From: Octopus sinensis
Lineage: Eukaryota
NCBI RefSeq assembly: GCF_006345805.1
Contig: NC_043002.1
Location: forward strand, 33,480,001 to 33,544,000
Direction: 5' to 3'
Length of the DNA: 64,000 nucleotides
In this document: positions 42,800 to 55,944 of the stretch, in pieces
How the letters are laid out: the number at the start of each line of letters is the position of its first letter
How positions within the stretch are numbered: the stretch's first letter is position 1
Program-made: the position numbers and the translations under genes
The notes under the pieces: model-generated
What the model saw: the letters and a program-made list of their open reading frames with translations, nothing else
What the model was told of the DNA's origin: nothing
The model's database searches: none

Positions 42800-43802
42800 T
42801 ATAATATATGTTGTGTATGTATGTATCTATCTGTCTATATACCCGAACTTATTTAATCACGATGCGTTCTAGTTGACATTTCTCTTTCCGCTCCAGATCT
42901 TAGACGAGTGTGATTAAAGGTATTCTTGAGAAATGGCTTTGTTACACCTAATATTTTCCTTCCCTCAAGAGTTTTGTTATTTTTTACATAATATATAATC
43001 GGTGAAATGTACATTTTTTATCATCATTACCTTTTATTATCGTGGTTAACAAGCCAATATAGAGGGGCAGTTCGTTGATGTATTTTTTCTTGTTTGTTTT
43101 TTGCTTGGGTTGCTTCTGTTTAGTAACATCTTTAGCACATATACTGGGGGTTTCCTCTCGGTGGGATTCTTCTTTATTAAGAGTAGTAGCAACTCTGTAT
43201 AGTAAGGTGTTAATTTTGCAGTAATTAACCTCGCGTAATTCCATGTGCTCACCAGCAACATCAGCGATAACTTTTAACATAAGAGCAGTCTGGTTTTACT
43301 TTTCCTTTAATCTTGTTAAGAATGGCCAATCACTCAATGGTAACTTAGAAGAAACTAGAAAAGATTGTTTTTTTAACTTTTATGTTCGGTTGTTCTTCAG
43401 TTGAATATATTCCACAGTCGTCTTTGTCGAATCCGCTAAATATGAACATCATAACGATAGCGGCAGGGTCTTGCTACATTATTTTCGATCTCTCTTGTAG
43501 CAGATTTTGGTTGGTTCTCGATAGTTTAAGATGATATTTTAACATCACGGGAGTTGAAATAACAATCGATGTTTGCGGTAGAAACTTTTTTCCGAAGAAA
43601 GACGCTTGTTGCTCAAGATGTTTTGCAATAAATTAATTTAAATTTGGATGAGCTTCGTTACAGTATTTTTTTTTAAAGCCGATAGAAGACTCATTACATC
43701 TCGGGTTTATTCATAGCACCAAAGCAGTGATCAATAATTCAATGTGAAGACCTTGTGAAATGAGAGGAGTATTTACATCGTCACAACTCACAGATGTCAT
43801 AG

Positions 43803-44095
43803 GCACATCACCTAGTGGTTAGAGCAGCGGGCTTGCGGTCGAAGGATCGCAGGTTCGAATCTCAGACAGGACGATGTGTGTGTTTATGAGCGAAACACCT
43901 AAGCTCTACGCGTCTCCGGCAGAAGGTAATGGCAAACTTCTGCTGACTCTTTCGCCACAACTTTCTCTCACACTTTCCTCCTGCATCTTGCAGCTCACCT
44001 GCGACGGCCCGGCGTCCCGTCCAGGTGGGGAACCTATACGCCAAGGAAACCGGGAAACCGGCCCTTATGAGCCAGGCATGGCTCGAGAAGGAGGA
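43803..44095 (+). mobile_element. tRNA-derived SINE with V-domain-like segment, full length
   Basis: A box (CCTAGTGG) and B box (GGTTCGAATC); CCTGCGACGGCCCGGCGTCCCGTCCAGG resembles the V-SINE domain; 13-bp TSD ACAGATGTCATAG at 43790-43802 and 44096-44108. Confidence 0.8.
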
Positions 44096-44536
44096 ACAGA
44101 TGTCATAGTACTGTTTGTGTTGCTATCAATGTTGGTAATGCAGCTATCAATATTAATGATAAGCTATCAATATTGATGGTAAATACGGGACTCCACGTGG
44201 TGGAAGATATAAATTTGTCATCAGGTTTGAATAACATTACATTGAGTAAAAGTCGTTTCTCTTATTTATAACAGAAGTAATAAATCAGTTAATGATTTAA
44301 GCAAAGGGAGTCGGAATAATTGTGGAAGAAAACATACAAAAGACCGTTTTTTAACAGTCCCCTATCCCTGCATATCATGAGGTATATGTACGTATGCATG
44401 TATGTAGTATGTATGTCCCTAAGGGCACAGAAAGTGTGCCTAAAGCCAGCTGGAGGAGATGTTCTCCTGGGGCTATAAGCTACAGTAACACCCACCCTTA
44501 GTGGTTAACCATATTGAGATGGCAAATATACCTCAC

Positions 44537-44606
<70 letters not shown>

Positions 44607-44688
44607 CGTTAATTTAAATTAAATAACGATCTTATAAAGTGGCCAGCATGGAAATAAAACCTTCAAAGATAATAATTATTATTAAAAT

Positions 44689-44845
44689 TATAACTTAGGG
44701 TATCTAGGAGATACCGCCATGCTGAAAATAGCAGCCAGTGTCTGACTCTAAAACCACTTGAGTGTTCAAAGTTAAGGTGGTTTTAGAGTCAGACACTGGC
44801 TGCTATTTTCAGCATGGCGGCATCTCCTAGATACCCTAAGTTATA
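44689..44845. repeat. Inverted repeat with 69-bp arms and 19-nt spacer
   Basis: 44689-44757 is the reverse complement of 44777-44845 with one mismatch. Confidence 0.95.
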
Positions 44846-44859
44846 CTTTTATATATATT

Positions 44860-45284
44860 ACTCTTTACTCTTTTACTATTTTACTTGTTTCAGTCATTTG
44901 ACTGCGGCCATGCTGGAGCACCGCCTTTAGTCGAGCACATCGACCCCGGGACTTATTCTTTGTAAGCCTAGTACTTACTCTATCGGTCTCTTTTGCCGAA
45001 CCGCTAAGTTACGGGGACGTAAACACACCAGCATCGGTTGTCAAACGATGTTGGGGGGACAAACACAAACACATAAATACGCACACACATACCTACTTAT
45101 ATATATATATATATACATATATACGACGGGCTTCTTTCAGTTTCCATCTACCAAATCCACTTACAAGGCATTGGTCGGCCAGAGGCTATAGTAGAAGACA
45201 CTTGCCCAAGGTGCCACGCAGTGGGACTGAACCCGGAACCATGTGGTTGGGAAGCAAGCTACTTACCACACAGCCACTCCTGCG

Positions 45285-45286
<2 letters not shown>
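44860..45286 (-). mobile_element. SINE family B, full length
   Basis: Reverse complement of the 52374-52812 copy, with high identity. Confidence 0.88.
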
Positions 45287-45349
<63 letters not shown>

Positions 45350-45388
45350 ATATAATATATATATATATAGATATATATATATATATTT

Positions 45389-45504
45389 ATTTATTTTATA
45401 GAAGGAGCTTTCAACAGGACTAGAACTCTTCACAAAGAAATCATCATGATTTCTTTTGAAATGAAACAGTTTAGTCCTGTAGAAGCTTCTTCTATAAAAT
45501 AAAT
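45389..45504. repeat. Imperfect fold-back, 116 bp
   Basis: ATTTATTTTATAGAAGGAGCTT...AAAGAAATCAT-C-ATGATTTCTTT...AAGCTTCTTCTATAAAATAAAT. Confidence 0.85.
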
Positions 45505-45914
45505 TAATTTTACTCTGCATATATATTGATACCTTATTACTGTGGTTAACCCGACTCAACCCGGGATATATATATATATATATATATAATATATATATAT
45601 ATATTATATATATATAGAACCCAGGAAATTGTTTTACATTATATGTATGTCTCCATATGTATGTGTGTATTATGACTGCTGCCGTTGCCTGCACTGCAAT
45701 AAAGGGATGCTACTTATATTCGCTATCGATAACACTCGATATTCCGATAACAGTATCAATACACATCCATACCTGCATGCGGGCGCACACACATACAAAT
45801 ACACATACACACTCATAACCATGCTGTTTATGTTGTTATCGTCACTTAACTAATGTTACCGATCCCACTAATTTTGCCACCAGTACTGATATGACCACTA
45901 CAAACCCTGATGTC

Positions 45915-45948
45915 TGTACGTACGTATATATATATGTATGTACGTGCG

Positions 45949-45980
<32 letters not shown>

Positions 45981-46535
45981 CATGTATGTATGTATGTATG
46001 TATGTATGTATGTATGTATGTTTGTATGTCTGTATGTATGCATGTATGTATGTATGTATGTATGTATGTATGCATGTATGTATGTATGTATGTATGTATG
46101 TATGTCTGTATGTATGTATGTATGTATGTATGTATGTATGCATATATGCATGTATGTATGTATGTAAATATATATAGATATGCAAGTATGTATGTATGTA
46201 TGTATGTATGTATGTATGTATGTATGTATGTATGTCTGTATGTATGTATGTATGTATGTATGCATGTTAGTATGTATGTATGTATGTATGTATGTATGTA
46301 TGTATGTATGTATGTATATATGCATGTATGTATGTATGTGAATATATAGATATGCAAGTATGTATGTATGTATGTATGTATGTATGTATGTATGTATGTA
46401 TGTATGTATGTATGTATGTATGTATGTATGTATGTATGTATGCATGTTAGTATTATGTATGTATGTATGTATGTATGTATGTATGTATGTATGTATGTAT
46501 GTATGTATATATGTATGTATGCATGTATGTATGTA
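45915..46535. repeat. Long (ATGT)n microsatellite with variant units
   Basis: Read directly. Many other (TA)n, (CA)n, (GATA)n, (ATAC)n and (TTA)n arrays occur, e.g. 1157-1233, 2840-3363, 20160-20540, 21560-21940, 22840-23435, 42590-42800 and 58895-59190. Confidence 0.95.
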
Positions 46536-46828
46536 TCAACTCCAAATACTACTACCACCAACACTAATACTAATACCTAACCACGACCATCACTAAATCT
46601 ACCGCTGCTACCACCAATACAATCAACACTCCCCTCACCTGATACCAAAGCCACCACATCTACTCTACAACGACCAACATCGCCAATCCCAATACGACAA
46701 CCACCATCAATACCAACACCACCAATGACACCGCCACCATCATTAAATACCATCACTTTTGCTGATGTTTCGCAAGAGTAGCCAGTCTCATTTCTGTCAC
46801 TTAGTCATAAGTGGCTTTGCACAGTTTT

Positions 46829-46857
46829 TGACGTCATCAAGGGCTGCGTTGACGTCA
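46829..46857. promoter_or_regulatory. Tandem pair of full CRE (CREB/ATF) palindromes
   Basis: TGACGTCA at 46829-46836 and 46850-46857, 21 bp apart (two helical turns), about 2.1 kb upstream of the first LU exon. Confidence 0.45.
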
Positions 46858-47000
46858 TTTGATGGCGAACTCACATCACTAATGCAGACATTGCACTGAT
46901 GTTATTTTGACCTAAACGAAATAACGGTAACGCTGTGAGGGGTATTGGAAACAAAAGAGGGGAAATCTTAAAATTCTAGGAATAAAAATAGATGTTGTTT

Positions 47001-47040
<40 letters not shown>

Positions 47041-47087
47041 TGTGTGTGTGTGTGTGTAGATAGATAGATAGATAGATAGATAGATAT

Positions 47088-47131
<44 letters not shown>

Positions 47132-47132
47132 G

Positions 47133-47201
<69 letters not shown>

Positions 47202-47213
47202 GTATATACATAT

Positions 47214-47360
47214 ACTAGCAGCTAAGCCCGGTTTCACCCGGTCGGTTTGGATGATGTGGCTGTAAAACCTGTTCTGTGTAAGCATGCGACTTGTTTGGGC
47301 ACGCTTACGTTAAAAAAACAATTTTAGAATGACTTTTCTTCTGTCAAAACGCTAAAAATA
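47214..47360 (-). mobile_element. Helitron-like 3' end (minus strand)
   Basis: Reverse complement reads ...ACCGGGTGAAACCGGGCTTAGCTGCTAG|TA (hairpin plus CTAG). Far boundary approximate. Confidence 0.5.
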
Positions 47361-47877
47361 ACTGACCAACAAAAAAAACAACCAAGATTCAACCAAATAA
47401 AAAATTAACCCAAATACTAAGCGAACAAAGATGAACCATCCCACTTCTATTGCCCGCACACGCACACACACAAACACATACACACATTCACACACATTCA
47501 CATACCTACCTTTTACATACACACACACATATTCACACAGAGTTGAAACACTGTTTGATTTACTTTTTCAGGATACAGTTTTGATCATTCCACTACCAAG
47601 TATGACATCAACCCTTCCTTCCTTATTCATTTATCCCCACTTCGTTTCTCATTCAGAAACACAAGGGTATTATTATAGCAGATTATCTCGGTAACCATGG
47701 GAGCTATGAAAAAAATACAAAGCCCAGCATCACATTTGCGTAATTTTTCGCGTTATTCCACCCACCCGTTTGACCGTGAATCCCAAGACAGGAGAGAATC
47801 GCCCATATCAAATTTATATGTATAGATATATAATATATATAAAAATAAACAACTATATATACACATATACACATGCA

Positions 47878-47915
<38 letters not shown>

Positions 47916-48343
47916 TGAGCGTCCAAAAACACTATACTTGTTCCACGTCCTCGCGTTGTTGTGTTTTCTCTTTGTGTTTTCATGTTTGGATTAACTATAT
48001 ATATATATATATATACATGTGTGTGTGTATAAACGATGGATAAGTGTCACTTATGAAGTCCCTCATCCATCGTTTGTTATTTATTTGTTCATAATATAAC
48101 TCACTGGAATCCCAACCTGTCGGATATTCAGGAGTGTACCAAATACCGTACGACTAATACATTGTACACTTTGGGATTAGCACATAGGCTATTTGAATAC
48201 TCATAAGGGTTAAATTCTCTGCATATATAACTGAATATTTTACTAGATGTACTTCGGTACCCATGATATTGATTCGACTAAAGGTGCTGTTTACAAGTTA
48301 ATTCGAACCAACCTAATGCCTATCATTTGGGTACCTGAATAGG

Positions 48344-48440
<97 letters not shown>

Positions 48441-48463
48441 GGATGGATAGATAGATAGACATA

Positions 48464-48679
48464 CGAGGTGTGCTGAAAAGTTCCTGGCTTCAAGGGTATC
48501 CCGAAAGGCCTAACTCGAAGCCCACCCTTCCGATTTCTTTTACAGGGCTTAGAAAACCCCTATGGCCGCTGCAATAAGTGTGTGGATTTGAGAGAGCAAT
48601 ATACTGAATAAAAGCATAAAATTTTTAAAAATCCTGTATTTTCTTTTATCCAAAGCCAGGAACTTTTCAGCACCCCTCG
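48464..48679. mobile_element. Mariner/Tc1-type MITE
   Basis: TIRs CGAGGTGTGCTGAAAAGTTCCTGGCTT / AAGCCAGGAACTTTTCAGCACCCCTCG; TA on the left flank, TG (mutated TA) on the right. Confidence 0.8.
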
Positions 48680-48750
48680 TGTATGTGTGTGTGCGTGTGT
48701 GTGCGTGTGCGTGTGTATGTGTGTGTGTGTGCGTGTGTGTGCGTGTGCGT

Positions 48751-48866
<116 letters not shown>

Positions 48867-48968
48867 TGTGTGTATGTGTGAATACGGTTCAAGACAAGTC
48901 TCTGATCTGTACTTCCAACTAAATATTTCGTTAAAATTAATGTTGTTTTTTTTCTGCCTTCGTTTCAG

Positions 48969-49109
48969 ATTCTAGAGATCCGATCACTTGCTATCACTGT
49001 TTGAACAAAGATGACTGGTGCTCCGATCCATTTAATGAAACCCATCCACAGTTGAAGACGATATCGTGTAAAGGCATGTGTGTAAAATGGGTGAGAGAAC
49101 CGGCACCAG
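48969..49109 (+). CDS. qvr: Quiver/sleepless-like Ly6 (three-finger) protein, internal coding exon (N-terminal half of LU domain)
   Basis: Polypyrimidine tract and TTTCAG acceptor at 48968; donor CAG|GTAATG at 49110; 141 nt, phase 1-1. Translates (D)SRDPITCYHCLNKDDWCSDPFNETHPQLKTISCKGMCVKWVREPAP(G), matching the QVR-family pattern CYxC...CxDPFN...CxGxCVK, with an N-E-T sequon. The symbol means family level; orthology is not established. Confidence 0.88.
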
Positions 49110-50804
49110 GTAATGCTCAAAGTGCTCTTTATTCTGAAAATAATGCTCTTTAAAGTAAATATTAAATTGTAGGGTTGACATCAACTGTGAAGATCCCATA
49201 AGGAATTATTGTTAGTGGGTGTCTCTTTACTATTCATAACGTGTCCCTTCAGAGAGTAATTTTTTTATATTTTAAGGAGAATCATCTTTAATGTGTAGGA
49301 ATTCGATGAGGACTCTAAATTCTGAGTACAAGCCCTAACAGATACCAACAAGTTTCCTCATTATTAAAGCTCAGTTATCTACGGCTTTAATAGATTGCGA
49401 TATATTTGACCTTTGAATTTCGGGTGGTAGTACTAAGCTGTCACCCGGTTTAATACCATCACTTGGCTCCTAGGGTGCCTTTAGTGGACTCCACTCTCTT
49501 GTAAGCATTCGAACGAGGTGGCAGGTTTCAGATTTACTTCCTCAATCCCACCTACCCCACTAGCCTTGGTGGTCCTCTAAAGAGTTGTCAACACTGCGCT
49601 CCTTCGTGACTAAAAGTTTTAAAATATACCAAGACATAAAAATGTAGCTGTTTATGTTGGAAATATTTCCATTTTCTATTCTCACTCGTCGCTATTCCCC
49701 GCACAAACTCTTTGTAAATCATCACGTATTCATACATCACATTGTAGAGACTTACGCGGAATTGTTTCTCGGAAGCATATATCAGCCATATAGATCAAAG
49801 AATTTAGAAATTGACCTTATCTGTAATTTCTTCAATACTATGTCCTTACTTATGCAGTAAATGGTACTAACAATTTTTAATATCCTCTTCTAATATATTT
49901 CATTTGCCTCAGGTCGGGCAATGGTGAATCAGGAAGTATTTTCAGAGAACCATTCCGTCCTCAGTACATACAAGACCTCTGCGTGTAAGCTGCTACATGC
50001 AGCTTACATTCGTCGTAGTAGTGTTCGACCATAGATGTTTTAGCTGTGTCAAATCACTTCAAAATATGCACTAAAAGTGGTTCCTTAATATGGTATTTTG
50101 ACAGTTGTATAATTCAGTTGAGTCGAAAGTGTATTTGTAGAACGTGTTTTGCAAGAGTGGTGTCCCTTGTAGCACGTACCAATGGGATTTCATGTTTCCG
50201 ATAGTGCACTTTATACTTCGTACGTGAGATTTCAACAACTCATTTGAGAATTCGTGTGGTTTGAATCGAGGAATTGTTACCGATATGAAATTAGAATATT
50301 AGTGAGGGATGATGGGATTCGATCGATATTCTTTAAATCATAAAGAAATTGCTGATAAACGCCGAACCTACAGACCTTGAGTTGAGAAGGTATTTATATT
50401 TGGCACACGTTAGTTCATTATTAATGAAACTTTGTTTATTAAATTCCCGAAATGTTTGTAAATACCGTATATGTCGACGTATAAGACGCGCTTTTATATT
50501 TTTAATTCTAAAACAAAATTTTCCCAGTGACAAGTGCGGACACATTAGGAATGGGAGACTAAATGTCATGTACCAGGGATCCAAATAAGCATAAGTCTAC
50601 CAGTTACAGTAATTGTTACTAATAATAAATTATCAAAAACAAGCCAAGTTATCACAGTCTGTTATCACGAACTTCCGAAGACTTGCTTACGGAGCATCGG
50701 CTGTTATATGGGGAGGTAACTGTATTTGAATATTGACTGGTAATGTGAAATAATATTAGACAATAACACACTAAAAGATTCCTTCAATGCGGTGGAAATT
50801 ACAT

Positions 50805-51705
50805 ATCTTAAGAGGTAGAATTTGACCTAAGGGAAATTTGGCTGCTTTTTTTAAGAGGCTCTCTTATTGTATTGGTTTTATTCACCTTTAAATTAAATCG
50901 TTATAGAATATTCCCATATTTATCTTTCATGTGTAACGTACGAAATTAGAATTAGATCTTGCAATCCTTGTCATTAAATTACTTCCCAAATGACGTCATT
51001 TGTTGACAAAAACATGATTATAACTAAAGTGTGATTTTCACGCCACATTTAAAATTCTCTTCTCGTTTTATATCCTTATTCTATTCGCTGAACTATATGA
51101 AACCATAAAAACAAAACATTCTATTCAATGATAAGCCATGGGGAGAAAGGTCTGCGTCGGTGAACTTGTCTGATCTTTCAGAACTGATATAAAGAACATA
51201 GAAGGAATCATGAACCTATCTGATACAGTCTATTCGGAACAGTCTTCCGTTATCCAATTGTATACGTCTCGGATTGACTTCAGGTCGTGGTAAATGACAT
51301 TTGAATGAAGGGCCGCGGAATGAAATCGAACTCAGAACTATATAATTGCTAATCAATTTCTTAACAGCACGGCTATGTCTGCGCTTACAATAATGAATAA
51401 TTTCAAGCATATATATATATAAAATTATGTTTACTAAATTTTATTTCATAGATCAGTAACACAGCCATGACAAAACCTGAAAGACTGGGTTTCCTATTGA
51501 AGCAGGAGACCAGTTACTGACCTCTATAAACCACAAGTCTGATTGCGCAACCCACACACAAATATTTTAGAACGCATTTTAAAAAAGACCATCCAACTAC
51601 AAACCTTTCGACGCTGCAAAATATTGCAGCCAAAACCAATACAATAAGAGAACCTCTTAAAAAAGCAGCCAAATTTCCCTTAGGTCAAATTCTACCTCTT
51701 AAGAT
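50805..51705. repeat. Spaced inverted repeat, about 75-bp arms
   Basis: 50805-50879 is the reverse complement of 51632-51705 (one substitution, one indel); about 750-bp spacer. Confidence 0.9.
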
Positions 51706-51967
51706 CCTGATGGACATTTTGCACAATGTGGTCCTAAACATACTATAAAACGAGGTGAGGTGACAAAAGAACAATAACAAGCTCATAGATACCAAATGTA
51801 TTTTGGTTTTGATATTTTTTAACTTGCTACGTCTAAAGAAAGAGCCAGTGTCCATGACACTTATAAGCGCTTTGAAACTGGTGAGCTTGAGAATTTAAAT
51901 CTTCTATTTAAATTATTGCTGGCCAACACCTGCAGGAAAACATGAGTGAAGGGCAAATTCCAGTTGG

Positions 51968-53689
51968 AGTACCAGAGACATCACAACATGAAATAAAGTA
52001 TTCTACTCAAGAACACAACACAGAACCCAGTCCAGGAATCGAACTCACTACCTCATGATTGTGAGCTCGACGCTCTAACCACTGAGCCATGCTTAAGGAA
52101 ATATCATTATTTTTTTCTCATTTTCTGCAATTTATATAATATAGGGAGAAGGAATGGATACTATGGCTAGTGCAGAACCGATACGTGAATCCAATAAAAG
52201 TGAGAAGAGAGAGCAAAATGAATGGTTGAGGGGAGCCTGAGCGGTGGATACACGAGAAAGTAATGATAAAAAAAAAAACAGTGAGATGAAACAATACTTC
52301 TGAAAGCCAAAAGCTTGACCGTGAAGTGCAGTACCCAACACAGTCATCTTTCCTTCACATACTCCTTCACATAGGCGCAGGAGTGGCTGTGTGGTAAGTA
52401 GCTTGCTAACCAACCACATGGTTCCGGGTTCAGTCCCACTATGTGGCATCTTGGGCAAGTATCTTCTGCTATAGGCCCGGGCCGACCAATGCCTTGTGAG
52501 TGGATTTGGTAGACGGAAACTGAAAGAAGCCTGTCGTATATATATGTATATATATATATATATATGTATATGTGTGTGTGTGTATGTGTGTGTGTGTGTT
52601 TGTGTGTCTGTGTTTGTCCCCCTAGCATTGCTTGAGAACCGATGCTGGTGTGTTTACGTCCCCGTAACTTAGCGGTTCGGCAAAAGAGACCGATAGAATA
52701 AGCACTGGGCTTACAAAGAATAAGTCCCGGGGTCGATTTGCTCGACTAAAAGGCGGTGCTCCAGCATGGCCGCAGTCAAGATGACTGAAACAAGTAAAAG
52801 AGAGAGTAAAAGAGAGAGAGAGAGTATACCATTCCTATTTTTGTTTCAACAAACAAATCACCACTCCAATCCTCATTTTACAAGAATGAAATTCTACAGG
52901 AATTTCCCTTTTTTCTCAAATTCTCTTGTGTGAGTTCATGGCTGTCTCTCTCCCTTTATAATACATACATGGTGATCTTTCAATTTTCACAAATGATTGC
53001 CGTCTCTCTCTGTGCTTCTTCGTTGTCAACAGTGTTTTTGACTCTCTCGGATGGCTATTCAGACTCGCTACAGATGCGCATGGTTTCAAGAGCAGACGAC
53101 AGACGGAAGTTTAACTTCCACTGGTTTGATTCTAATGATAGCAGTTACAAAATTGATAAAGTTATCTCCCTTAGATCAACTAAGTAGGTTACCTCCCTTC
53201 TGTCGTAATTCTGTGCAGCAATAGCATAGTGTGCGCGTGCGCAATTATACACACGCGCTTTACAGACGCATAAAAAAATAATTTGATGATATATGTTCTC
53301 TAATATAGAACTTTCTGTTGCACAATTTGGGAGTCTGTTTTTGTGGAGGGGTATAACAATGAAGGTTGGTTTTTAAATAATTTCATTTCATTTTTGTCTG
53401 TCACACAATAAAGTATTCTTGCTTTTACATAGTATCGAAACACAGACATCGTGGAAGGAATAATGTCGAACAGAATGAAAGCGAATTAATCAAAAATAAA
53501 TGTTAATGAATATACAATTATATAAATTGCAGAAAATGAGAAAAAAATAATGATATTGCCTTAAGCATGGCTCAGTGGTTAGTGCGTCAGGCTCACAATC
53601 GTGAGGTAGTGAGTTCGCTTCCTGGACCGGGCTCTGTGTTGTGTTCTTGAGCAGAATACTTTATTTCATATTGTGATGTCACTGGTACT
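51968..53689. repeat. Spaced inverted duplication, 173-bp arms
   Basis: 51968-52140 is the reverse complement of 53517-53689, including a SINE head and about 48 bp of non-SINE flank. Confidence 0.9.
52374..52812 (+). mobile_element. SINE family B (tRNA head, CORE-like segment, internal TA/TG microsatellite), full length
   Basis: GGCGCAGGAGTGGCTGTGTGG...GGTTCAGTCCC...CTTGGGCAAGT...GAAGCC-(TA/TG)n-...GACTGAAACAAGTAAAAGAG tail. Confidence 0.88.
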
Positions 53690-53830
53690 AAGCTATATCA
53701 GCCTTTGCCTGTTTCTTTGGATAACATCGGTGGCGTGAAGAGGGGAGGCTGGTATGCATGGGAGATACTGGTCTTCCATAAACAACTTTATCCGGACTTG
53801 TGCCTCGATAACTTTCTAGGTGCAATCTCA
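53565..53830 (+). mobile_element. tRNA-derived SINE, another family (CORE-like)
   Basis: A box TGGCTCAGTGG, B box GAGTTCGCTTCC, then GTGTTCTTGAGCA; an inverted partial copy lies at 51968-52092. Confidence 0.65.
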
Positions 53831-54227
53831 TGGTCCGAAAAGGGTCTTTACTCTTTACAGCCAACAACAACCATAGCAACAGCATATCTACTTGTGCTGG
53901 ATCAAATGAAAGTGCGACGAATACTCACCAAACTCCCTCGTTTACAAGTATTCTTTTCAACATGAACCATGAAGGATAAACACATAAAGCATATTGTCAA
54001 TAAGATAGATTTACGGGGCAAGACTGTTTTAGAAGCATCATAGGCTCCCGGACAAATCAATGTACTGGGCCCAGTACAGCAAGCTACAGCATATATAGAT
54101 GAGAACTGGGCCACTAGACTCTTGAGGCTCCGAGAATCTTGAGGTCCTTAGGCAACTGCCTAGTGTGTCCACGCCTTAAGACAGCACTACATCCGGCAAG
54201 TCCAACTTCACTGCGGTATTGGAGAAA

Positions 54228-54423
54228 GGCGGCGAGCTGGCAGAAACGTTAGCACACCGGGCGAAATGCTTAGCAGTATTTCGGTCGACTTTGCCTTTCA
54301 TCCTTTCAGGGTCGATAAATTAAGTACCAGTTACGCACTGGGGTCGATGTAATCGACTTAATACCTATGTCTGTCCTTGTTTGTCCGCTCTGTGTTTAGC
54401 CCCTTGTGGGTAATATAGAAATA
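54228..54423 (+). mobile_element. SINE family A with internal deletion
   Basis: Family A head and tail; near-TSD GGTATTGG(A/T)GAA on both sides. Further copies at about 54770-54960 and 55468-55820. Confidence 0.8.
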
Positions 54424-54973
54424 GGTATTGGTGAATACACTTAAGCGTATAGAGGACCCACGTAGACTGAAATGGGTTATCAGACTTCGGGGCAAAAAAA
54501 ATAAAGATATCTTCCTTTCATTAAATAAAAAAGCAATAGGCAACAAAAAAGTACGAGGGAAGTTGACAAAAAAGGCATTCACCGTAGAGGGGATGAATCT
54601 ATCTCGTAGGAACCCGTCATTCAGGAAAAGAAGCTTTCTATACAGAGAAACCCATCTGCTCCCCAAATGAAATGAGGGCTAACGAATCTTCATGCAAGCC
54701 AACAAACTAAATGGAGACAATTTGAGATTAAGAGCTCACCAAAGATTGAGTTTAAATAAAGTACTCCATGTGCGGCAAGCTGGAAAGGTCGTTAGGACGC
54801 CAGGCTAAATGCTTAGCAGTATTTATTCTGTCTTTATGTTATGAGTTCAAATTCCGCCAAGGTTGACTTTACCTTTCATTCTTTTGGGGATCGATGTAAG
54901 AAGTACCATTTGAACACTTAGGTTTCCCCCGAAATTGCTGGTCTTCTATAGGTCTTGTACCTATAGAAAAAAA

Positions 54974-55055
<82 letters not shown>

Positions 55056-55057
<2 letters not shown>

Positions 55058-55266
55058 TCTTTACTCTTTTACTTGTTTCAGTCATTTGACTGCGGCCATG
55101 CTGGAGCACCGCCTTTAGTCGAGCAAATCGACCCCGGGACTTATTCTTTGTAAGCCCAGTACTTATTCTATCGGTCTCTTTTTTGCCGAACTGCAAAGTG
55201 ATGGGGACGTAAACACACCAGCATCGGTTGTCAAGCAATGCTAGGGGGACAAACACAGACACACAA

Positions 55267-55299
<33 letters not shown>

Positions 55300-55468
55300 C
55301 ATATATACGACAGGCTTCTTTCAGTTTCCGTCTACCAAATCCACTCACATGGCATTGGTCGGCCCGGGGCTATAGCAGAAGACACTTGCCCAAGATGCCA
55401 CGCAATGGGACTGAACCCGGAACCATGTGGTTTGTAAGCAAGCTACTTACCACACAGCCACTCCTGCG
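55056..55468 (-). mobile_element. SINE family B, nearly full length
   Basis: Reverse complement of the 52374-52812 copy. Confidence 0.88.
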
Positions 55469-55867
55469 AAATGCTTAACGGTATTTCGTCTGCCGTTACG
55501 TTGTGAGTTCAAATTCCGCCGAGGTCGACTTTGCCTTTCATCCTTTCGGGGTCGATAAATTAAGAACCAGTTTCGCATTGGGGTCGATGTAATCGACTTA
55601 ATACCTATGTCTGTCCTTGTTTGTCCACTATATGTTTAGCCCCTTGTGGGTAATAAAGAAATACGTATTTCGCCCGTCGCTACATTCTGAGTCCAAATTC
55701 CGCCAAGGTCGAACTTTATCTTTCATCCTTTTAGGATCAATAAATTAAGTACCAGTCAAGTACTGGGTTCGACGTAATCGACTGTCCTTCCCACAAAAAT
55801 TCAGGCCTTGTGCCTTTAGGAGAAAGGATTATTATTATTATTATTATTATTATTGTTGTTGTTGTTT

Positions 55868-55908
<41 letters not shown>

Positions 55909-55944
55909 ATTATTATTATTATTATTACTATTATTATCATCATC

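Noticed and set aside
43803-43870. tRNA gene (also near 53565 and 52374)
   Set aside because: A and B boxes are present, but there is no complete acceptor stem and each continues into a SINE body; these are SINE heads.
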